This document shows, piece after piece, positions 26,029 through 37,060 of a stretch of 64,000 nucleotides of DNA. The stretch is from Lama glama (taxonomy: Eukaryota): positions 61,258,001-61,322,000 of the forward strand of contig CM052817.1 of the NCBI GenBank assembly GCA_028534125.1, in the 5' to 3' direction. How positions within the stretch are numbered: the stretch's first letter is position 1; the number at the start of each line of letters is the position of its first letter. Position numbers and translations under genes: made by a program. Below the pieces are notes generated by a model. It was not told where the DNA came from. It was given only the letters and a program-made list of their open reading frames with translations, and did not search any database.

Positions 26029-26447
26029 TGTTGGGCTGCACCCCGCAGGTCGGTAAGCCTTGTAGTTGCGCAGCCTCGAGACTGAAGAAAGAGCCCGAAG
26101 ACGCTAACAGAGACATCAGTGGTTACTGGACAGGGGATCTCACACATCTGAAGTGAAAGGTCCTGGAGCAACATCCCACCGTGCACGGCAGACGACAAGC
26201 AGGACGCGGCAACACGCTTCACTGCTCTGGGAAGAAGGAGGCTACCATTTATAGAGGGAATTGATAACAGGTTGGCTTATCAGTTACAGGGAAACCAGTA
26301 ATTGGGGCGGGGGACAGGCACGTAGGCAGTTGCTAATTCAGCCCATCTAATTAAGAGGATTAGATAGTCGTGTGAGGGAGGCAGACCTGGCAGAGCAGGG
26401 GATGTAGAGAGCAAGAGAACAACCATCTTGAGTGTCCTGACCGTTCA
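26029..26447 (-). mobile_element. Solo LTR, ERVL (MER73/MER74-like), 419 bp
   Basis: TG...CA termini, perfect 5-bp TSD tgtaa (26024-26028, 26448-26452), minus-strand TATAAAT and CCAAT boxes. Confidence 0.8.
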
Positions 26448-28269
26448 TGTAATGGCACAATAGGGTTTATCCCAGGAATGCAAGGTATTTCAGCACCAAA
26501 ACATTCATCTGTATCCTATACTACATCAATAGGTTAAAAGAGAACAACTATAAGCCATCTTATCTTCTCAATGGATGCTAAATAAATGCTTTTTAAAAAA
26601 GCATTTATAAAAGTAATCACTCATTTGTGATCAAAACTCAAAAAAAAAAAAACCCAAAACCCTTATCAAACTGAGAATAGAAGGAAACTTCTTTAATCTA
26701 ATAGAGTCTCTACGAAAAGACACAAAGCAAACACCATACATAATGGGGACCAATGGAAGCATTTTTCCTTAATATCAGGAAAAACAAGGATCCCTATGAT
26801 CCTAGTATTCAGCATGGTCTCGATGACCTCGCCAATTCAGTAAAATTAGACAACAGTAAATAACATACGTAAGGAATGGAAAGAAAGAGACAAAATTGTC
26901 CTTATTTGCAATCAAAATGATTGTGTATATTCAAAATCCAAGAGACTTTACAGAAAAACCTGATCCTAAACTTAAAATGGAAATGCTAAAGACCAAGACA
27001 GCCAAAAAAACCCAACCAAACAAACAAAAGAACAGAAAGAGAGGGCTTCACCTACCAGACAGCAAGACTTTAAAAGCCTTGTACTTACGGTAACGTGGTG
27101 TTTGTTCAGGACTAGATATAGGGGGTACACAGAGTCTCGAAACAGAACCTCAGGTGTACAACAGACAAGACATTACCATGGGGGCATACAAGGACGAGAC
27201 TAAAGTGGTTCTGAGACAAAAGAGGAAAAATATACATAATGAAACCCCGACTTCACATAATACATAGAAATAACACATAAACATGACTTGATTGACCCAG
27301 GCAAACTCCAGTGTCGTGGTGGTCTCTTATTCCCTGTTAGCTTCACACTCTGAGCCCTACCACTATCATTTTGTGTTAGGAATCCCATGCAGAGGAATCT
27401 GCATGTATTCTGTGAAATGATAAAGAAACAAGAAGTAAAAAGTCTGATCATGCTTAGGATCTCCTTTAGACCTAAAACACTAACCACTGGTTTCCTTCCA
27501 CCCCAAAGAAAGTCGTGTAAAGTTCCTGATTCAGCAGATAAATAACTTACTTAGACTTCTGTTTGAAAAATAAGGCACACATCTTCTTGAAGAACAAATG
27601 AATGCATGGCTAACAAACACCCTGGATTGAAGTTTTCACATGTGAACTCATATGCACATAGTCATTAAGTGCAAAAGAAAATACAGCTTTTAATTTAAAA
27701 ATTAAATGCTTTACATAAAAAGTAAGAATATGTTTGAAAAGTTCTATCTCAGGTATTTCATTTCTCCTAGGTTTGTAGCTCTTTTTACTAGATACCAACA
27801 TATTTTAGCTGGTTAACAACAAAATGCAGGAATCCCAGAGGGGATTTTAATGCAGTCATTGAAAATACAAGCTATTATAATAAAACAATTGAATTTTAAC
27901 TAAGCTGATATTCTAATCTATATATTGCTGTAAGGGCACAGTAAAAACATAATCTCAAAAATTCTAGTGTCTGTGCCAGAAAGGTGACAACAATCCAAAC
28001 TCAGTTTTGTAGCAAAAGAGGCTAACATTCAATTACTTTGTTATGCACTTTAAAGATTTCAACAGGTAACTGAAAAAAAGGGAAAGAATTTTAGGAGTAA
28101 TTTTGATGGCTAGAAAGCTTACAGATAAGAAACTAACAATTCAGTCCAAAAACAGGTCACAAGGCAGTTAGACATGCACAGAATATGACAGTCATAAAAA
28201 TAAACCCTAAAATGAAGAGTGAAAACTATCTCATTTCTAGTCTTTGTACAGCTCATTCATATCACTTAC

Positions 28270-28312
28270 TTGGGCTGTGTCTCTGTGGGGTTTCTCGTAT
28301 CTTCTGTGCCCT
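28270..28312 (-). other. HPGDS: Probable non-coding exon 1 of HPGDS (TSS approximate)
   Basis: Strong donor CAA|gtaagt at 28269. TATA-like CATAAA at 28334-28339 lies about 25 bp upstream of the proposed start. HPGDS is known to have an untranslated exon 1 several kb upstream of the ATG exon. Confidence 0.7.
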
Positions 28313-28530
28313 CGTATGGGACTGTATCTTGGGTTTATGTGATGAGTAAGATACAGTCACAAGCCAATGAGAGATGAGGTGACTTCCACATAAGTCTCTT
28401 CCTTTATGTCTTAGATGAAATATGCCTGCCAAAATGTGCAAGTCTGCAAAGACTTCTAGTTATTCTTGGAATTTTATAGGTTCTCTGTGTATAAATAACT
28501 TAAAATATTTGCATACAGTTGATAAAGTCA
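28313..28530 (-). promoter_or_regulatory. Putative HPGDS core/proximal promoter
   Basis: CATAAA (28334-28339), ETS-like GGAAG cores (about 28383-28403), STAT-type TTCTTGGAA (28463-28471), octamer ATTTGCAT (28507-28514), GATA TGATAA (28520-28525). Confidence 0.6.
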
Positions 28531-29209
28531 AAGTTATAGGTGCTGAAGTGTGCCTCTTGCTACACATTTATTTTTAAAGTCTTAGAACTACAGGCACCTG
28601 GAGGAAATGCAAACTGAGGGCAAGTACACCATCCTTACAAATACACACATGGCTTGCTGCCTGACTTCACTAGATCTCCTTGGTGCATCCTTGGCTGACC
28701 ACCTCCTCACTGGAACCCGTCTCAGACAGCCTCATCTTTACCTGCTCTGCACTTATTCATCACAGTGTCTGACAACTTACTGTATTTTATTTGTTTGCTT
28801 TCACCCCCACTTCACCCCCACTGTATTCCCCTAGTGGAATACAGGCTGTACCCAGGCGGGCACTTCATTGTTTAATTTATTGTTGTGTCCTCAGTCTCAA
28901 AAGGAGTGCCAGGCACATCGTAAGCACTAATATATATTTGATGAATGAATGACCCCAATTTCTATTTCCTCACAATTCATAATTTTACAAGAACTCTTCA
29001 AATTTTCATTGCTGCTAGTATATTTCACTACACAATTTTCTCAGAAGGGCTGAAACCAAGTCCCCCTAACACCAACTTCCTTTCCCCAATTTATAATTAA
29101 TCTCTGTCCAAAACTGTATTCCCTCTCCTGTCCTCTCTGACCTCAGTGCTATGCTGACTGAACACTCATCAGCCAGCGTCAGAGGGCTAAAATTGCTGTT
29201 GTCAACAGC

Positions 29210-29585
29210 ATTGTTAACGTACTGAAGTTACTAATAGGTATCACCATTAACCTACAAACTCAGGTTGTTTCTTAAGGGCAAAATGAGCTAGCAAGACCCC
29301 TGAGCATGGACCACCTGGCCAGAGACAGCCTATGACTCTCAAAACTACGATTAAGAAATGTCACAGGAATGTCACAAAACAATGATTAATCACAATCTCT
29401 TTGTTCTTGCCTTTAAAATAGACCCCTCCTAACTCACAGACCGGGCTGGGGTGGATCTGAGGCTTGTCTCCCACTCCCTTGCTTGGCGTCCTGTGATAAA
29501 CCCTTCCTTCGCTGCAAACTGGCACTGTCAGAGTTGGGCTTTCGGTGCTGCAGGCACATAAGCCCTCTGCTTGGCTTCAGGGTCG
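29210..29585 (+). mobile_element. ERV1-type LTR (MER34/MER39-like) upstream of the HPGDS promoter
   Basis: R/U5-like text gatctgaggcttgtctcccactcccttgcttggcgtcctgtgataaaccttccttcgctgcaaac. Boundaries uncertain. Confidence 0.55.
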
Positions 29586-32500
29586 TATTTTTTAAGGTAA
29601 GCCCGGAGGGGAAGATTCCCCTCTTGTTGATAATCCTTGTACAGATTAGTAACAAATGCTGATATGTTTCAGAAATTAATTTTTTTGGTCCTTGGTGCAG
29701 GAATGAATTCCAGCTACAGTATTAGAACAGTTCAGTGAAAAGATGCAGTGAAATACCTGCCTGTGCATTATTAGACCTGAAGGTTACACATTAAACTTTC
29801 TAGTGACAGTCTGTCTGGCTTTCAGCTTCTGGGAAGTGACACTCACAGGCAGCAATAGAAAGCTAGCAATCCTGTAATATTTCCTAAGTGCTTTTAACTT
29901 TGAAAAATGTGTTTACATCCATTTATTATAAACATAAGAAATGAAAATAAGTATCTATATTAGTCTGTAAAAAGTCTAATTAAGGAGACACAAGTACAGC
30001 CCCTTACCTGCCAGAAAGGTATCTGTAGCTCAAAATCAAGTGCAAATGGCATGGGAGCTGTACAAAGTTAACACAGTGTGTTTACTATCTTTCACTGAGT
30101 TTTAACTTACATTTTAAAAAAATCTTTTGGTCCTCACTTCAGTTATTTTTAATCCCTATTTTATAGATGAGGAAACAGAGATACAGGGAAATTAGATACA
30201 CTGGCCCAGAATTTGGGATGGGATAAGCCTAGGCCTTCAGATGACACATTAAATATTCTTTCCCTACATGTTTCAGTGGAAAAAAATCATATATTCAAAA
30301 AATAGCACTTTCCTCCTTTTCTGTAACAGTTTTCTGCTTTACAACCTGTTCTGCTTGGCTGGAGGAAAATAGAGCAACACATCACCAGTTTTGGGGAAGG
30401 GGTGGCCATTTGTTCCTTGGTCATCGATCAGTGCAGGCTATCCTGGAAGCTGCCCACCGTCTCTGGGTGTGTGGCGTTCAGACCAGCAGCCCCTGCTGCT
30501 CCTGCAGTATCCTCATTTTGCCCAAATGTGGCGGTTCAGTCAGTTACAACGCTGCCTGAGGTTCCAACCGCCCGCCGCCCAACACGACTACTTCTTCGAC
30601 GTGGTCTTTCCACCTTCCAGGCAGCAAAAAGGGTCCCAGCATCCCTCTGCCCCGGAATCACACAGATTTCCCTTTCTCTTCTATCCCAGCCCAGGTGGGG
30701 ATACTGCAAAATCTCCTAGTCTACCACCAGCTGTGGGACTTTGGGCAAGTTATTAGACTCTCTGTCTCAGTTCCTTCATCTTTAGATGAAGGTTTATTCT
30801 ACAATAAATATTACTGAGTACGCAATCTTTGCTAAGTAATGTTCTGGATAATAGAAGTAAAGCAGTAAACAAATACAGACAAAAATCCTCACCCTCACGG
30901 AGCACTCTTAGGATATTAGTAGTAGCTCCCTCACGGGGCTTTGTGAGCATTTAGTAAGTACATAGATACATGCTTGAAAAGGCGCCTCGTGCATAGTTAG
31001 AGATCTCTGAATGTTAGCCATGGTTAATAATCATTCACAATTTGTCTGAAGAGAGGATCGTTTTCCTTCGAGAGTCTATGGTGTCCAGTTCTTGCCCTCT
31101 CTGTGTTTATGTTCTGAAACTAAAAGTCTGAAAGAAAAGCTATTGCCAGGCAACTGTTATTTTTCATGCTGCTTCATCCTCTGCTGAGGAAATGAGCACA
31201 GAACCAACTCTCTGTTTGAATGGGGAGGCGGGTGTGGGGAGAAGCAAAGGTGAAAAATGCAGGGTGAAAACGCCTTATCTGTCACCTTCTCACATTCTCC
31301 CCCAGCGGTGCCGATATTTCTTTGTGCCATGTGCCCTGCATGGACACCCTGCGCATGTAGATTGGATTGTATGAGAAATAACTGTGAGTAAATATGACAA
31401 TTTGTATGATAATTTTCCAATCATTGGAAAAGCTTTTGTAATTTAATCGAATATATCTTCCTTTTCTCTGGCGACTCCCAAATTGGAAAACTCTGACTCT
31501 TCTGATATAATTAGCAAGTTCCTAACTGCAGTTCAAAATCCAACATTAACTCAGAGTCCAACTTCATTCTTGTTTTCCTTCTCCTCCAGCCTGGGCAATG
31601 GTGGGGTCATACAAGGTGCTGATGAAGTCTTCCAGCCTAGAGTACCGTGGGCTGGAGCTCTGAAACAGAATCTCAGCCACACCACGTCCTGGAGGGGACC
31701 TTAGGCACATCCCTACCCTCTCTCAGCTTCAGTTTCCTCCTCGGGAAAACGGTGGTAATAAAGAATCATTCTTATTTCTCAGAGTTGAAAGGATTAAACA
31801 GGTAATCTAAGTCACTCTGTGTTGATTGGCAACTGGTTACTGCTTGGTAAGTATTAGTGGTTATTACATATTTCTTTAATGATGGAAAAATAAATACCAC
31901 ATCTTAAAAACAGCCCACATACTAGTTCCTCTTTATTTATTTTGGTAAAAGGGAAGTGTTCAACCAGACCTATTTCTACTTTTCTAGCTGCACTGTTGAT
32001 GGAGAAAGAAGGAAGTCTCCAGGAGAAGCCCACAGAGCTCCTATCTCAGCTTACTAAGCTTTTTGGTATATTTCATGCAATCAAGCAATTTCCTTTTCAT
32101 AGTCAGTTATTTGAGAAACTAAAAACATCCAAAACTAAATTATTTAAACCTGGGATTGAGAAGGCAGGAAATGAAGAATCTGTTTCTTTTTCTACTCCTA
32201 ACCTATTGGGTAGTTGAAATGTGTTTACAAATCTTTAGTGCCCCTGTTTTCCCCAATTTCAACAGTGATAACACTATTTTTCTTACCTGGCTCTTCAGAT
32301 ACTGTGAAGAATAATACAGAAATTATCTCCAGGATGGTGAGTAAATGCTTTTCTGCTGAGCCTTTGGCTGAAAGGGGACTTCCAAATATAAGCAAATAAT
32401 AGTAACATAAGTAACTAATATTTCTTAACTGCTTCCTGTGGGCCAGGCGTTGACAATGTGCTTGCCATGTATTAGCTCATTTAATGCCCACAAAATAGCA

Positions 32501-33509
32501 TCACAAATGGTTACATCACTTGAGTGTGGCTACATAACTGACTAGGACGTGTGATGAAAGCATTTCTAGATATAAAATTCCTCGAACATTTGAATCTTTT
32601 TCATGAGATTGCACGTTTACTCTTCTGTCAAGAATGGGGGAAATAAGCATTGAAATAGAATAAGTTAGCTTGCTTTTAAAGATTTTTCCAGAATCCATTA
32701 TCGTCCCTTCTGTATCATTACAACACACACTGTAGGAGGAAGGAACCTGCATAAATCCCACCTGTGCCTTTACCCTGTCCTGTTATCCAAAAGCATCTCA
32801 TCTCCGCTCAGAATGTCAGTTCTGGGAAAATAAGAGTTGGCCAAGTGACCTCTAAAGTCACTTTCTGCTCAGTTGTTCAATGACATAATTTTCCCGCTGA
32901 AGACATTTCTCTGTCTTACATAAAAACTATGTCCAAAGGGACACAGTTCATGGACTGAGGATTACAGGGACACAAGCTATTTTGTCCTCAAATCTAGCGA
33001 CAAAGACAAGATACTCAGATCAAAGGAAGGTCATCCTCTCTGATACTCTGGGGTCACATGATGGACTTACTATTTACAGTGACTAAAGTGACGCAGATAA
33101 GAGTGTAATTTGGAGAGGATTTTTTGGTGAGATTAAAGCCTTTTCCTAGAACTTATCAAGAAGCAAGCAACCAAACTGCATCTATTAAAATGATTTGCAT
33201 GTTTTGATTTTTTAAACATATTTTGAAAATATATTAGTGCAAAGAGGTGTACTTTTTCATGAAATTTTTTTCAAAAAAGAGATTTTGGAGAAGAAGAATG
33301 TGTCAGAAAATATTCAAGACTCTAAAGAGGACTGACTAATCATAACAAACACTGATATTTATGCTTATCATGTGCCTGGTACTCACCCAATGTTTCAATT
33401 TGTCAAGTTCTCAAAACCAGAAAGCAGCAAATCCAGTATTTTAGCCAGCTAGTGTGCCTTCAGAATCTTTGCTATTAATCATTGTATTAGATGGTCTCAT
33501 AAATATATT

Positions 33510-33720
33510 ATAGAGTGATACATAATAAATGTATACCTATAATAAATATAATATACTTATATAAATACAATATACTTATATTTATTATAAATATATTTTA
33601 TATTTCTAATATATGTATAAATATATTTATATTTATTTATAGTAATTAAATAACTAACATTTTAAAGGATGTATTTATGTATGTGTTATTTATGTATGTG
33701 TTTGTTATTTATATTTCTTA
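33510..33720. repeat. AT-rich low-complexity tract
   Basis: Degenerate (TA)n/ATTT repeats. Confidence 0.8.
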
Positions 33721-34100
33721 CTCTACCAGGCTTCTATCATTTGCTGACACTATTTCTTAGGATTATTCAACTTTCTTTAGCCTAACCATACATAGCAAAC
33801 AGATTTCTGATCTAAATTCTTTCTCCCAAGAAAGTTTTGTTTTGTTTGGTTTTAATGTTTCATTCTAGAAAATGACTTTGCATGCCTCCGAATCAAACAT
33901 GTAGGATTTCTGGCAGAATCTTTCAAACTGGCCTGTAATGCAAAAAGAGGAAATTGCTTAGAACAAAGGAAATCAGGAAATCTTGGTTCTGCTGACACAA
34001 CTAACTTCTGTGTCTATAAGGCAAACAGAGCTCAAGTCAGAGGAGAATTCTAAGTGATGACAACAGAAATAAGGTGCAGCCTCAATCCTTAGAGCACAGA

Positions 34101-34265
34101 GGGAGGGTATAGCTCAGCGGTAGAGCATGTGCTTCGTGTGCATGAGATCCAGGGTTCAATCCCCAGTACTTCCATCAAGAAATAAATTAGTAAGCAAACC
34201 TAATTACCTCCTTCCAAAACAAAGAAAAAAAGTGCAACAAAATCAGCTATGCCAAAAATAAAAGA
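34101..34265 (+). mobile_element. tRNA-derived SINE (camelid type)
   Basis: A/B boxes; 17-bp TSD aatccttagagcacaga/aatccttggagcataga (34084-34100, 34266-34282). Confidence 0.92.
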
Positions 34266-36839
34266 AATCCTTGGAGCATAGACTTCCATAAGAATATAAA
34301 AATAGGGTTTTTATAAGCAAAGGAAAAGCAATTTTCATCTATAGCAAAGTAACAGAAAGATCCAGAGAAAACAGTGAACAAAGTTACGCTAAGAAACATT
34401 TTTCTGGCCTGCGAGATACAGTTTTGCTACAGGAGTACTTTGGTCCATTATGAGCCTGAGCCATATGGAGAGAAAACACCAGCTGCTAAATGCTGGGACC
34501 TAGTCCACAAAGGCTGGAGATGGCATGTTTCCTGGCAGTGTGTACATCCTGCTAACATAAACAGTTTCAGTAGCTCGTGGGAAGCTACTGGCCTCAACTA
34601 GGGTGAACCACCGTAGTCCAGGGGAAAAGATTCAGAATTGTCTCAAAGGCCTAGGTTTGGAGGAATTTATATAAATGGTAAAAATTCAACATCTGTGGAC
34701 TGATGTCACAACTGAAAGAAGATACATAAATGTGATTCTGAAAAAGAATTGAATGCTTCCTAAATATTAACAAGATCCCCATAGCCTATGTAACATACGG
34801 CAGACACATGGCTCTGTGGTCACAACATTTTTGTTTAATTGCTTGCCACAGTAGTTTTGACCATTTCGCTATTCACTTCCTTCCTCAAAATCTATTTGTT
34901 ATCCTCCCTAAGTTCTATTTCTTTCAAAGAGAGAGACCTGCCTCAATCAAATACTTCTGTTTAATCAAGGAATGAAAAGTACACACATAAATGAGTAATT
35001 AACACAAGACTATCGCTTCACTAACATTCACACAACCAACATGTATTGAACACTGGGACCAGTACTGGAAGATGTCTCCTGTAAAGATTTTTTTCTTGTG
35101 ACATATGCTTTTTGGTGTCTTGCAAGAAAACTTTAAAAGGAAAAACTCTGTAAGACAATTTTCAGTTTCTCATCGCTGTCAAAGATGCTTTGATAGATAG
35201 GTGTATTCCCTTTCCCATGCAGACTGATCCCACTACTGGTTATGCTCTTCATTAAGATAATCCAGTTCTCTATAATTTGATGCAACACTTGGAAAGAGGA
35301 TCTGCTAAACAACTGACAATAATTTTTTTTTATTTATTTGGCAAGCATATTTTTAGCATATGCTAGTAAATTTATGTTCTAGTTTTTTAGTGGTTCATGA
35401 AATATTGAGTGACCTGATTCAACTTCCAAAAATTCCAGACTAAGGAGCAGATCTTAGATGAATGGAGGCTTGCTAATTGCAGACATTTGGTAAGTCTCAA
35501 TTTGAAAGACAGTCTTCCTTTTCTGCAAATACATAGAAATTCATATAAAACTATGTTATACGGACTTAAACTTGATGTGCTACGATGTTTTTGTAAGTGT
35601 TCAGAAACAAATCTTTGTCTTTTATTTCTTCTAATCTAGTGGTAATTCCATGTCAATTTTGAATTTCTACTTGTTTCCTGTTTTAAAACAGCAGGTAAGA
35701 GGTACGTGTGCTCTGGATACAGCAAATTCTCTTCGTTTAAACAGTTCAAGCAAAATGGTGTTTAGATGCCTATCAGCTACCAAGATTAAGTCGCTGTTCA
35801 TGGTTCATTTTTTCAATTTTGGCAAATAGAAGGTACTACATTCTTTTTAGAAAAATCGAAGTCATCTCTTATCTCTTACCAAAGTCGAAGACCTCTTTTA
35901 GCATCCTATGAATTTCAAAACGTGAAGTTTGAACTTGAGCCAGTTGAATGTTTAGTTTTAGTTCTCGTTCTTTGGATCCTATTTATAAATTCAGAGAATA
36001 AGATAGAAAAAAATCTTAAAAATGTGCTTTGTAAAAAAATGTGTTGAAACTTTTTCCTGTGTTATCTTAAATTTATATGATGGATGTGCTCAAATTAAGT
36101 GTATGGCTTGATCTCCTTTTCAGGAATGGAAAAAAGTCACAATTCTTATATATTCCTATACTTGAAGTTTTTATAATTGTTTTCTCTTTTTATTTATTCA
36201 TATCTAGTTTGTATCTTATTGTTTAAACTTCCAAACTTGTTCTTTCAAGCAGCTGGCTAAGCATGACGTATGAAGACACATGTTAATATGCCCAGCCCCA
36301 CTAAAAAGACAGTATGGAAGATCTCGTCAGCAAGGGCAAAGAGAAAGGGAGGAATCAAGAGTATAGGAAACATTGCAAAAAATATTTTGGCAGACAGGTA
36401 GCAAGTGGAGGAGTGGCATTTGATTAAATCTATGTAGTCAGTTATGACCCAAGTTTCCCTAAAGGTGGGGAGGAGGACATACACTGAGGAGATGCCATGC
36501 CAATAACCCTGAAGAATCCATGACCTCAGGACCCCAGGACCCACAAAAGTGGACTTGAGATTCAGGACAGGAAAAAGGACATTGGTCAAAAATCAGCAGA
36601 GAAAGCATTTCAGCCCTGGTTGCCCTATCCTTTCTCAAACCACCAATGCCCATTAACATAGCCCTCTGCTTTAAAAGGAAAGAAAGGGAGAGACCCTTGG
36701 AGAAACAGAGACAATGTAAAGTATCAGGCATAAAATCAAGTATTCTAATTATTTAATAATTTTCTTATGGTATATAGTTTTCAAAAATAATTTCCTTAAA
36801 AATTTAAAGTGAGAATACTGCAATCAATTCAAATATTTG

Positions 36840-37060
36840 GTATGCTTATTTCGTAATAGTGATAGTTGTAGGGCTGTTTAAGGCACACAGCAAATCTGTA
36901 ATGTAAATCTTATTAGACCCATTGTACAGATGAGAAAATTAAGGCTAATAGTGATTAAGCAGCTTACCCAAGGTCACACAGCTATTAGGTAGTGGTACTA
37001 GTACTCAGACTCAGTGCCGTTGATCACAAGCCTTATGCTCTTACAACTACCTGGAAGTGT
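36840..37060 (-). mobile_element. MIR SINE
   Basis: cccattgtacagatgagaaaattaaggct ... cttacccaaggtcacacagcta. Confidence 0.75.

Larger units (their letters stand above)
25230..27270 (+). mobile_element. Old L1 ORF2 fragments hosting two LTR insertions (HPGDS intron 1)
   Basis: ORF2-like remnants: accaagcccagatgattttacaggtgaattttac, gggtttatcccaggaatgcaagg, tccttatttgcaatcaaaatgattgtgtat. Confidence 0.75.

Noticed and set aside
34101..34175. tRNA-like sequences with A/B boxes (also 16614, 41360, 48401, 59665)
   Set aside because: Diverged copies with SINE tails, several with TSDs; not tRNA genes.
36257..36589. 110-aa ORF with a hydrophobic C-terminus
   Set aside because: Hydrophobicity reflects a T-rich strand; no domain or splice support.
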